Source of the DNA: a virus
Taxonomy: Duplodnaviria > Caudoviricetes
Virus record (IMG/VR): IMGVR_UViG_3300020352_000786
Span: 1 to 64,000 of that record
DNA length: 64,000 nucleotides
Direction: 5' to 3' (one strand)
Part shown: one piece after another, positions 46,144 through 55,800 of the stretch
Position numbering within the stretch: the stretch's first letter is position 1
Layout: each line of letters starts with the position of its first letter
Notes under the pieces: model-generated
What the model saw: only the letters and a program-made list of their open reading frames with translations
Database searches by the model: none
Told to the model about the DNA's origin: nothing
Translations under genes and position numbers: made by a program

Positions 46144-47117
46144 ATGTTCTAGTATTTAGCCCGTATCGACATACCGATAATTTAGGTGTGTACTCAACAT
46201 TGCTAATGAAACACTGCTTTAGTAATCATCAAAATATTACATATAAACATATAAACATAAATACTTCTTCAGTAAGCCCCAATAAAGAACTAGAAAATAC
46301 GAAGTTTGATAAATACGATGTCGTTATACAACACTGCCCCTATAATTACGTGAATTATATTCCGGGTATTAAAAACATTTGGATACCAATTATAAATAAT
46401 ATCTGTCATATACAAGACCCATACATAGATGATATTATTAAAGACATAGATCTAGTATGCATAGAAAACTCTTTTACGGAAATGGTTATAGCTAAATCTA
46501 TTCAAGAATCTAAAAAAATTAGACTATTTGACTTTAAGTTAGACAAGCAGGATATACAAGACTGTAATAAAATCGATTTGGGTATACTTAATTCATCTCA
46601 TAAGTATTATGCGATACTAGATTACAATGCTGACGAAATGACTTTATTTAATTTAATAAAAAACTTTATAGCTGTATATAGAAATAACAACGATTTTGCT
46701 TTAGTTATTCTGTTAGCTTGTTCTCCAGAACAATATGAACATACCAGTAATTCGATATCTCAGATAGCAGGCAGTCTATCTATTTCAGGAAATATATCTA
46801 ACATAAAAATATATGCTACTGCTAATATATCAATCAACGATACGTTCCCACTGCATAAAACATGTGACACATATTTAAATGTTGAATTTACCGCAGAAAG
46901 TATCCATAAGCTTTTCGCTTATCTTTATGATTCTTCTGTTACAGAAAGAATTGATGTTGACTACTCTGAATCTTACGGACATAAAAATAGTTCTTGTTTT
47001 GGATACAAAAATAAAACATACTCCTTAGTTTCCGATAGTTTTGATAGAATATACAAACCATCTAATACAGAACAGACACAGAGAAAACCATTAATGGAGA
47101 TTTTAAGTGAACAATAA
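46140..47117 (+). CDS. Degenerate GT4-fold protein
   Basis: MNVLVFSPYR, YDVVIQHC, LHKTCDTY follow the GT4 layout, but the RK and E-x7-E motifs are missing. Confidence 0.55.
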   Translation: MNVLVFSPYRHTDNLGVYSTLLMKHCFSNHQNITYKHININTSSVSPNKELENTKFDKYDVVIQHCPYNYVNYIPGIKNIWIPIINNICHIQDPYIDDIIKDIDLVCIENSFTEMVIAKSIQESKKIRLFDFKLDKQDIQDCNKIDLGILNSSHKYYAILDYNADEMTLFNLIKNFIAVYRNNNDFALVILLACSPEQYEHTSNSISQIAGSLSISGNISNIKIYATANISINDTFPLHKTCDTYLNVEFTAESIHKLFAYLYDSSVTERIDVDYSESYGHKNSSCFGYKNKTYSLVSDSFDRIYKPSNTEQTQRKPLMEILSEQ

Positions 47118-47904
47118 TATTAGTAATATTTTTAGTATCTTGTCTAATAATATAAATATAACATATGCTACAGACACACTAAATAACAATGCTATTATAA
47201 ATGAAATATCCAACTCATATAATGTTTTTTCTTTAGAGACTGCTATAGGTTACGGAATTAGATCTAGCTACTGTCTATTTTTTGATGCAATTAATCAGAA
47301 AGAAGTAATAGACTTAGCTCAATCACAAAACATAGAACCTATTTTAGTATTGAATCATATACCTCAACAGCTGCAAAAAAAAGAAGACTTCTATTTATTT
47401 AATGAACAGCACAAAGATTTTAATAAAATTACTTTTTATAATAACATGCTTGATGTTTTTCCTTCTGGAGTAACACTAATAGACAGACCTCAAATAACTA
47501 AAGAGAATATAGAATCCCTCAAAAACAAAACTAAATATGATGTTCTAATTCTTTGTCCGAATAAAGCTCTTGGTCAATCTATTCACAATACAATAAAATC
47601 TATTAATCCTGATTATAATATATCTTTCTTAGAAACATATGGAAATATTAAGCGTCTAGAAAATATATATCAACAGGTATCAGAGTATGGATGCGTAATA
47701 ACAATAAATGATGCATTACTTGCACATATAGCTTTAGATCTTAATATAAAAACTATTAGCAATCTAAATATAGATGGAGTAGAATTATGCAATAATACCT
47801 CAAATATAGCAGATTTCGTTAAAAACAAACATACAAATAGTATAGAATTTGTAGAATATGATTTTCACAATAGTTTTAAAACATATATAAAAAATTTAAC
47901 TTGA
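47107..47904 (+). CDS. Hypothetical protein, weak GT-B-like C-terminus
   Basis: GTG start after GGAG; VITINDALLAHIALDLNIKTIS resembles the GT9-type D-x-x-x-x-H-I-A segment. Confidence 0.5.
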   Translation: MNNNISNIFSILSNNINITYATDTLNNNAIINEISNSYNVFSLETAIGYGIRSSYCLFFDAINQKEVIDLAQSQNIEPILVLNHIPQQLQKKEDFYLFNEQHKDFNKITFYNNMLDVFPSGVTLIDRPQITKENIESLKNKTKYDVLILCPNKALGQSIHNTIKSINPDYNISFLETYGNIKRLENIYQQVSEYGCVITINDALLAHIALDLNIKTISNLNIDGVELCNNTSNIADFVKNKHTNSIEFVEYDFHNSFKTYIKNLT

Positions 47905-47916
47905 TAGGATAGTTTT

Positions 47917-48339
47917 ATGAGCAAAAATATATTTATATTAAACAATCCAAATGATGTCAATCCTTTTAAAGAACAGGCTAATTTTGATCCGGTTTCTGTA
48001 TCCAACTTAGATCAGTTAACTAATAACTATTACAATGTTATTTGTGTAACATGCTTGGAAGAAGTTGATTTAGAAACAAGAGAAAATATATTTAAAACTC
48101 TAATTAACAAAACCAGACCTGGTGGAGAAATTCTGATAATCATCAATGACAAGAAAAATTTATGTAGATTATATCTTGATAGCGTTATAGATGACACTAC
48201 TTTTATAAGCAACATAAGCCAATCTCGATATCCTATCAGCGAAACAGACATCTTAGATCAACTACAGTCTAGTTTCAGCGTTATTAATGTAAATAAAAAT
48301 AATGGTAAAATCATTTTTCATTTAGGAAAAACCCAATGA
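47917..48339 (+). CDS. Short class I methyltransferase-like protein lacking the SAM-binding glycine loop
   Basis: YNVICVTCLEEV..LINKTRPGGEILII; no GxGxG. Confidence 0.55.
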   Translation: MSKNIFILNNPNDVNPFKEQANFDPVSVSNLDQLTNNYYNVICVTCLEEVDLETRENIFKTLINKTRPGGEILIIINDKKNLCRLYLDSVIDDTTFISNISQSRYPISETDILDQLQSSFSVINVNKNNGKIIFHLGKTQ

Positions 48340-49127
48340 GAACCAAATGTAAATCATGTCTTTACTACTCAAAAGATAAAAAATGCGATCATGATATACT
48401 GACAACTATAAATAAAAAAATAGATTACGATCAAGAAGGCTATCCAGAAATATACGACTATAAATGTCTATATGCTTTTCCTAAAACATTTAAATTAGAA
48501 GATGAAGACACAAGTGTAACAGCAGAAGATTTAGAGAAATTTAGAATAGACAAATTACCTAGAATTAAAGCTTCTATAGTAATTGACGGCTTTCGAAAAT
48601 CTTATGATGACATAAAAAATACAATAGCTTATCTTGAAAAGAATCTTATAAAATCTCCTAATTTTAAAATTATCAACATGACCATCTTGCTGTGTAGTGA
48701 ACAAGAAAATAAACTAGAACTTGTAAAGCATATTGCAGATAGTGATATAAATATTAAATGGAAATTTTGTGCTTTAAAAATTTGCCTAAATAATACACAT
48801 AAGTTTCTGTTTTCTTTGCAGCACATAGACCCCACATCTCATATGGTAATCTATGTTAAAGCAGATAATGATGAACTAAATACTAAATCTGTAATAAACG
48901 CAACAGCAGAAACTTCCCTAATACTACAGACACCTTTTGTGTTTTTGCATAATAATAGTTTAGATATTTCTGAATCTTTCGACTGCTTATCTTGCAATAT
49001 TGTAAATTTAAACACACTAAAAAGACACAATATGTCAGAAAACGACGACTACGGCAATCAAAAACTAATTTATGAGTGGATATCAAGAGAGAATAAACCA
49101 GAATTAATAATTAATGTTAATGAATAA
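48336..49127 (+). CDS. Hypothetical protein (N-terminal Cys cluster, weak GT-A-like core)
   Basis: CKSC..C..C; IKASIVID..DIKNTIAYL. Confidence 0.5.
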   Translation: MRTKCKSCLYYSKDKKCDHDILTTINKKIDYDQEGYPEIYDYKCLYAFPKTFKLEDEDTSVTAEDLEKFRIDKLPRIKASIVIDGFRKSYDDIKNTIAYLEKNLIKSPNFKIINMTILLCSEQENKLELVKHIADSDINIKWKFCALKICLNNTHKFLFSLQHIDPTSHMVIYVKADNDELNTKSVINATAETSLILQTPFVFLHNNSLDISESFDCLSCNIVNLNTLKRHNMSENDDYGNQKLIYEWISRENKPELIINVNE

Positions 49128-49815
49128 ACTCACAGCAATTCTTTTATATACAGATTTGATCAAAGGATCTAAAACCAAACAGTGTAAATCTATATGCAAT
49201 ATCAATCAGAAGACAACTGTAATACAAGAACAAATTGCTTCATTAAAAAAAATGAATAGAAGAATAGAAATTATCATTCTAGCAGGCAAGGGTTATAAGG
49301 ATATCCATAAAGTTTTAAAAGAAACAAAGAACACCAATAAAGTACAATTAGTTTATATCGACAATTATACGCAAGTTAATCAGGGACAGATACTATACGA
49401 CATAGTAAAAAAATTAGATATTCAAAATAACTTATTGGTTATAATAGGAGAGATATTATTTAAAAATATATCTTGCAAAAAATTACAAAATAATACTACT
49501 TGGATCATAGACAAAAAAAGAGACGACTTTAATATAAATTGTAGAACCAAAGAAACTTTGGCTCAATATTTTTTCTATGACTTACCCAATGAAAAACAAT
49601 GGTCAGAAATAGTATTCCTAGAGAAAGATACTGTTCGACAAATAAAGAAATCGGATGTTGTAAACAATACTATAAAACAAATATTTATGTTCGAACTTTT
49701 AAATAAACTTATTGATAATTCTATAGTTATTAATACACAACCAATAAAATATAAAGATATTATTAAGGTTAGAAATAATAAAAATATAAACAAAGCAAAG
49801 GCATTCATCAGATGA
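49114..49815 (+). CDS. Nucleotidyltransferase-fold protein (LicC/GlmU-like), signature motif degenerate
   Basis: KLTAILL..KSICNIN..TVIQEQI..EIIILAGKG..LLVIIGEILF; lacks the AAGxGxR motif and the GD Asp. Confidence 0.6.
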   Translation: MLMNKLTAILLYTDLIKGSKTKQCKSICNINQKTTVIQEQIASLKKMNRRIEIIILAGKGYKDIHKVLKETKNTNKVQLVYIDNYTQVNQGQILYDIVKKLDIQNNLLVIIGEILFKNISCKKLQNNTTWIIDKKRDDFNINCRTKETLAQYFFYDLPNEKQWSEIVFLEKDTVRQIKKSDVVNNTIKQIFMFELLNKLIDNSIVINTQPIKYKDIIKVRNNKNINKAKAFIR

Positions 49816-50513
49816 CAACCCTTATCCAATATAATACAGATAAATTTATTCAATCTTTACATGGAGCTTTGGGGAATAGTGTTTTGTCTAATATAGACGG
49901 CATTCTTTATGGTTTGCATTTTCAAAATGATTTTGATAATATCTTATTTGTTGTTACTGATAAAATATCTACAGAAATAAATAATTTTATTATAGAATTT
50001 CAAGAGAAAAAAAACATTGTGTTATATTACGCAAACACATCTGAAGATTATAGCGAAGTGTTTAAATATGTCAAACACGTTACTAAGAATGGTGATAAAT
50101 TAAAAGATAGTCACATAGAATTACCAAACAATATAGTAGATACACAAACTTTCGTCAACAACCAGAACCAAGACAGAAAAGATAAATATGGCGTGTTATT
50201 AAATAACACTAAAACCTTACCAGATAATATTTCTTGTTTACTATATCCTGGCAGTAGTTTACCTATCAATATGTTTGGCTCACCATACGTATCTCATGCT
50301 CAAAATCTAGGAATGTTAACTTCTGAGTCAGAAAAAGCTAAAATCTTGAACACATATAAATATTTTATAAATACATCCAATGAATATAATTATGAAGCGC
50401 ACCTGTGTGGATGTCTTGTAGTAGATATAGACTGTAATACTAAGGTGACGAATGTATCACTAGACACAAGTAAAATCACACCGATAAGTGAAGTAATTAA
50501 GGAGCTTTTATGA
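49812..50513 (+). CDS. Hypothetical protein, weak GT-B C-terminal motif
   Basis: KILNTYKYFINTSNEYNYEAHLCGCLVV resembles the EA..CG..V segment of GT-B enzymes. Confidence 0.5.
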   Translation: MTTLIQYNTDKFIQSLHGALGNSVLSNIDGILYGLHFQNDFDNILFVVTDKISTEINNFIIEFQEKKNIVLYYANTSEDYSEVFKYVKHVTKNGDKLKDSHIELPNNIVDTQTFVNNQNQDRKDKYGVLLNNTKTLPDNISCLLYPGSSLPINMFGSPYVSHAQNLGMLTSESEKAKILNTYKYFINTSNEYNYEAHLCGCLVVDIDCNTKVTNVSLDTSKITPISEVIKELL

Positions 50514-50971
50514 TGGATAATATTGGTTTTTTTCTTCCTAAATTACAAGGAGAAAAACATAGCGCAATTATAGAACATATATCTACTTACATATCTAATA
50601 ATACAGACAAGCAAATAATTGTATTTTGTAGTAATACAGATATTATTTTCCCTTGGAATGTTCCAGTTCTTCATGTTAATGAAGCTAAGTATTTTGATGG
50701 CTCTATTGTAGTATTCGATATATTATCAGCATTGATTATAAAAAACTTTAAAACGCAGAAGAACAAATATTTCTGGGTTGGAAGTGCAATACCTTGGTCA
50801 AACAATCCTTCTGAAAGTTATCGAACTTTTCAAGATATTTTTGATGATAAAGATATAACATTTGTTGTTGCTGATCAAACAATACAAGATATATATGAAA
50901 TATGCTACGATAAACCACAACACGTATTTAAAGAGTTTAATCATGAAAATTTACAAAAACTTATCAGATAA
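50510..50971 (+). CDS. Hypothetical protein
   Basis: 153-aa alpha/beta ORF coupled by ATGA overlap. Confidence 0.6.
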   Translation: MMDNIGFFLPKLQGEKHSAIIEHISTYISNNTDKQIIVFCSNTDIIFPWNVPVLHVNEAKYFDGSIVVFDILSALIIKNFKTQKNKYFWVGSAIPWSNNPSESYRTFQDIFDDKDITFVVADQTIQDIYEICYDKPQHVFKEFNHENLQKLIR

Positions 50972-51731
50972 AGAAAAACAGCAAATAATAAAAAAGCTGT
51001 ATGAAAAAGAGAACAAAAGTTTTGCAGATATAGCAAATGAATATGAGACTTATGCTAATAAGATAAGAAGAGATGCTATAAAGTACGACATAAAAATCAA
51101 AAATAAAAGCGAAGCTCAAAAATCTGCACTAGCAACAGGTAAAACCAAACATCCCACCAAGGGTAAAAAAAGAACAGATGCAGAGAAAAACAATATCGGT
51201 ATGGGTGTTTATAATGCTTGGAAGAATACCGATGAAGAAACTTTAGAAAAAAGAAAACAAAAAAGTGTTGAGAACTGGCAAAAAATAGATAAAAATAAAA
51301 AAGACAATATGTTAACTCAAGCTAATAGGGCCGTTAGACTAGCTAGTAAAACAGGCTCTAAATTGGAAAAATTCTTTTTAACAGAACTAATAGACAACGG
51401 TTATAGGGTTGAATTACACAAACAACAAGTTTTAGGAAACACAAAACTTGAAATTGACCTTTTTCTTCCTACTATGAATATAGCAATAGAGGTTGATGGC
51501 CCTTCACATTTTGAAGAAATATGGGGTGCTGAAAACCTGAAAAAAAATCAGAGTTACGACAGAAAGAAAACGGGGCTAATCTTAGGAAGAGGCTGGCACT
51601 TGATAAGAGTCAAACAGCATAAAGATTTTTCTAAATCCTATGCAAATATTTTACTCAATAAATTATTGCAAAAAATATCAGATATTAAGTCTAATAAAAG
51701 TAATACTAAAGAAATTTTCATAGAGGAATAA
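50943..51731 (+). CDS. HTH/NUMOD-like N-terminus plus Vsr/DUF559-type endonuclease (homing-endonuclease-like)
   Basis: KSFADIANEYETY HTH, HPTKGKKRT basic motif, GSKLE, EIDLFLP..IAIEVDGPSHF, YDRKK..LIRV; start set at ATG 50943. Confidence 0.75.
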   Translation: MKIYKNLSDKEKQQIIKKLYEKENKSFADIANEYETYANKIRRDAIKYDIKIKNKSEAQKSALATGKTKHPTKGKKRTDAEKNNIGMGVYNAWKNTDEETLEKRKQKSVENWQKIDKNKKDNMLTQANRAVRLASKTGSKLEKFFLTELIDNGYRVELHKQQVLGNTKLEIDLFLPTMNIAIEVDGPSHFEEIWGAENLKKNQSYDRKKTGLILGRGWHLIRVKQHKDFSKSYANILLNKLLQKISDIKSNKSNTKEIFIEE

Positions 51732-51732
51732 A

Positions 51733-52461
51733 ATGGCTAAAAAGCAAACTAAAGCACAGAAAGCAGAAGATCAAGTGGAACAAACAGATCAGGAAATCAC
51801 AAAGCCTGATATTAATTCATTAGAGTGGAATGATTATGTTCTGGGCTTATTGTCTGAAGAAGAAAAGATTTCTGGTAATCCCACAACAGATGGATTAAGG
51901 AGAATATTCGAAATAGCCTTAGATTGCACAATTATTGATTCAACCTCTGAAGTGGTACAATCTCCTAGTCCAGATAACGAAAAAAGGGCCACTGTGGTTC
52001 ATTCTCTGAACTATATTTTAAATAATGAGTCATTGCCAGCAGAACTTAGAGCAAGGGCTGTAAACGGCGCTGCGGACGTATATTGGGGCAACTGTGATAA
52101 GGTATATAGAAATCATCCTGTGGCTGTAGCAGAAACAAGGGCAGAAGGCAGGGCTTTAAGAAGAGGTCTTAAATTAAGAAAAGTTATAGCAGCCGAAGAG
52201 GTGGCCAATGAAATTGAAGATGATCCAGATGGTATCAATGTTTCTAAAATTACAAATAATCAAATTAATTTCATTGACGTTCTGTCTAAAAGACTTAATA
52301 TAAATGTAAATAATATGTTAACAATTAAAAATATTACAGAATCTATATACAATGTATCTCATAAAGATGCTGTAATTTTAATTAGAGACTTATCAAAATA
52401 TCAGCAAAATTTATCAGATGTACCAGATAACATTATAGGGTATGACTCTTCATGGAAATAG
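51733..52461 (+). CDS. Putative Rad52/Sak-like single-strand annealing protein
   Basis: GLRRI..RATVV..GAAD..AVAETRAEGRALRRGL core plus C-terminal ITNNQINFI helical module; GAGG RBS. Confidence 0.45.
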   Translation: MAKKQTKAQKAEDQVEQTDQEITKPDINSLEWNDYVLGLLSEEEKISGNPTTDGLRRIFEIALDCTIIDSTSEVVQSPSPDNEKRATVVHSLNYILNNESLPAELRARAVNGAADVYWGNCDKVYRNHPVAVAETRAEGRALRRGLKLRKVIAAEEVANEIEDDPDGINVSKITNNQINFIDVLSKRLNINVNNMLTIKNITESIYNVSHKDAVILIRDLSKYQQNLSDVPDNIIGYDSSWK

Positions 52462-52473
52462 AGGTAAAATATT

Positions 52474-52794
52474 ATGAAAGCCAAATATAAAGTAGGCGAT
52501 AAACTTGAGTTCGAATTAGATGGCGCTGGCCAGAAAGAACTTTTTAAAGAAATCGCAAGTATCCAAGAAATTTTTGGAGAAACTAAATGTGGTGTATGTG
52601 GATCTGAAAATATTAAGTTTGTAGTAAGAGTTGTAGAAGACAACGAATATTATGAATTACGCTGCATGGATTGTGGAGCAATTCTTTCTTATGGACAGCA
52701 TAAGAAGGGTGGAACTCTGTTTCCGAAAAGAAAAGACTCTGATGGAAATTGGATGAAAAGTAATGGCTGGTACAAATATGATCCTAAAAGCTAA
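52474..52794 (+). CDS. Small zinc-binding hypothetical protein
   Basis: CGVC..CMDC; GAGG RBS. Confidence 0.7.
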   Translation: MKAKYKVGDKLEFELDGAGQKELFKEIASIQEIFGETKCGVCGSENIKFVVRVVEDNEYYELRCMDCGAILSYGQHKKGGTLFPKRKDSDGNWMKSNGWYKYDPKS

Positions 52795-52803
52795 CAGTAA
52801 GTA

Positions 52804-52837
52804 ATTATTGAGTGTCTATTATAGATACTAAAATAAT
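52804..52837. terminator. Putative bidirectional terminator between convergent transcription units
   Basis: ATTATT-G-AGTGTCTA-TTA-TAGATACT-AA-AATAAT hairpin in the 47-nt gap between the stops at 52794 and 52842. Confidence 0.5.
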
Positions 52838-52841
52838 ACCA

Positions 52842-55800
52842 CTATTTATAGTCATAAGGTATCCAGCTCCAAGCTTCTTGACACTCTAATACTGTTTGAT
52901 TAGTTTGTTCAACACCGTCAGTACTACCAAAAAATCCTCTAAAAATCATTTCATTCAGCATCTTCAGGAAAGCAGGAGTTTCCGTATACTGACTGTCTTG
53001 ATCGACACATCTCCAACAATAAAAATCATTATAAACACGACTGCCCTCAGCGGTGTAAATATTCTTCTTTATATTCAGTTGTAGTTCTCCTTCTTCGTTT
53101 GCTTGATATGATGAATAATTTTGATCATGATATCTTATCTTTCTAGGAGGCATTATTCTAAATTTCATATACACAGGCTGGCTAAAATCTATGACATCTT
53201 TAAGTTTAGAGTATTGGCCTTGGCCTGCCATGTTCGTAGGTCTTTCATAGAAGTCACGAAAACAAAACAACACTCCGTCTCGCTTGTTTCCATAATTTAT
53301 CACCATTTTATTTTGATCAAAGCCATCAAATTCTTTAGTTCCAAGAACAATTTCATTCATATCGCTAAAATCTAAATTAGGATCAACTTGCAACCAAGCG
53401 TCTTTAATTTGTTGTTGTTTGATCTCTGTGTAGTCTACCCTAAAATTTCCTCCAAGCTCGTCAGTACTATGTATAAAACCACCCTCTGCCGCAGGAGCGA
53501 CAAAATCTTGACCAATGACTCCCTCAATACCGAGATTTTTTTTGGCAGGAGTGATCTGACTATATGTGGAAAGCATTGTGTTAAAAGGGGGGGCGGCCTC
53601 TTCGTTAAGCGCAAATAACTCACTAGCTGTTGGTATTTTCACACTGACTTCATCGGCAATACGACAGCCATTTTCAGGATCTATATGAATCCAATAGTAA
53701 TCAGTTTCACCATAAGATATAGAACTATCATTAGTTTCATTAACGTCAAACACACCAGTAATGTGAGGAGTTATTAGTCCTCCCGTATATGCTATGTCCA
53801 TAGCGTGGAAAATATCATTTGCTTCATTTTCTTTATTGTGTATTCTTTGTTGAATATAGACTTTAGGGCAATTGTCTGAGCTGTAATATTCGGGCGTCTG
53901 ACACTCTATATCGTCTTGTGGCAAAGTGTCAAGATAATTTCTTAAAGCTGTTAAATTATTTGATAATTTAGCTTCTTCAAAAGTTGTGACAACCCCTTCT
54001 GTATTACTTATAATGTCCTCATAATGTTCTTTCATGTTGTTATATACTGTTTCAGTAAATGCCACAACCTTATTATTGTAGTTTAGATCTTTGTAAATAT
54101 TCAATATTCCGCTATCTGAAAGACTAAAAGACCCTGGTGATTCACTATTAGTAAAAGTTTCCTGATTAATATTCATAATTTTATCTGTTGCAATTTCAAT
54201 AAAATCTTCTCCATATAAATCTTGTACAACAAAATAGCTAGACTTATAATCGTCGTCTAATGTTTTTGCTGTTATCGTGTCGACACCATCTGCAGAATCT
54301 AGCAAATCTAATTGTTGGGATTGACCATGACCACTATATATTCCTAAGTCTTTAATACTATATCTATATGCCCTCATTTTGTCACCAACTGAATCATCAG
54401 GCGAAAAAGTTAAATCAGAAGTTTTCTCTTCTAGCACATAGCCTCCGTCTTCATATGTCGCTATGTTTCCTGTTTCCTCTTCAATGGAAGGGGCTTTATG
54501 TTTTAAAGAAAAATTAAAATACTTATAATCATCATTATTTTTATTATTGGCTTGATCATGTATATTAAAAGATTTGTTAATTTTTTGTTCTGTATGTAAA
54601 ATACCGTGTCTAATAACATCTGTTCCGTACCCAATATTACCCTCTGGTGTGGCAGTATTAACAGCATCATGTGTGTGTGTATTTAATCCTTTCTTGTGTT
54701 CTTCCATAGGCCATTTATAAATAAAGTTAAAATCTTCTACCCAGCTGTTAGTTTTAGAGCTAAGATCTTGTTTGGATGTTTGATACTTAGGATTAAAAAC
54801 TAAAATTCTATTACTAGAATCTGCAGAATATCCCATTTCTCCTTCACCTACAACCGGATTAGAAAATCCCAGTATTGTCTTATATCCAGAATTTGTACTA
54901 ATTAAATTTGAGGATGTAATTGTATTAGAAATGTCTTTAGCAAGCAAAACTGTTTTTCCTACATCAAAGTGATAATATGCTCTAGAACCATCCATAATAA
55001 TAAATTTACCATTATACCAATCAGTGTCTGAGGACACATCAATCTTATGATTTTGCATAAATACATAATTCATCGAAGGAAAACTGATCCAATTATCATG
55101 CTGTACTAACCAATAACCATCATTTTCTAAAATAGGCTGATTGTTTAATTTAACTATATCTCCAACAAAAAGATTTATTTTCTTTTCGTGGGTGCTTCCA
55201 TCAAGAGTGCTAGCATAAACATAATTATAGTCTAATTTTTCTCCAATTAAATATCCATCATTGTCTGACATATCTGTTTCTAATACATATTTACAGTTAA
55301 TTAAATCTAATTGTCTATAATTATTTAAGATAGAATAACTAAATCGACCAATACCTGCGAATCTGTTGGCCTTGTGAGACAAAACATATATAAGCTCTTG
55401 GGGATAAGCCTCAGTGGTATTTTGATATTTAAAAATAGGAACTTCTGTAGCATACCAAGACGATTTATTATTACTTAAACACACAACAGCTCTATCTGAT
55501 TTACCAAAGCCTTGGTACGTATAGGCAGGAGTAAAATATGACCTATTTATTGCTGATCGCCGGTCGAGTAATGGGACAGCGTAAAAGTATCCAATAATAT
55601 GAGCATACCCTAATGCTGCCATACCAAAAATCCCCAACCCTCCCCAAGAAGCATTCCTGACCAGATTAGTGCTAAGAAGACTAGGAAATTCGGGCATGAT
55701 GGAATAATTTGGTTTCATAGTTTCGGCTATCTCTTCAAGATATCTGCAGTCTGTTACTCCTTGTATATATTGATAGGGGGCATTTATGTTTATGTTAGGA

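Noticed and set aside
52896-53623. Several short + strand ORFs inside the 2414-aa gene
   Set aside because: Fully nested in a long - strand ORF, no motifs; expected antisense noise
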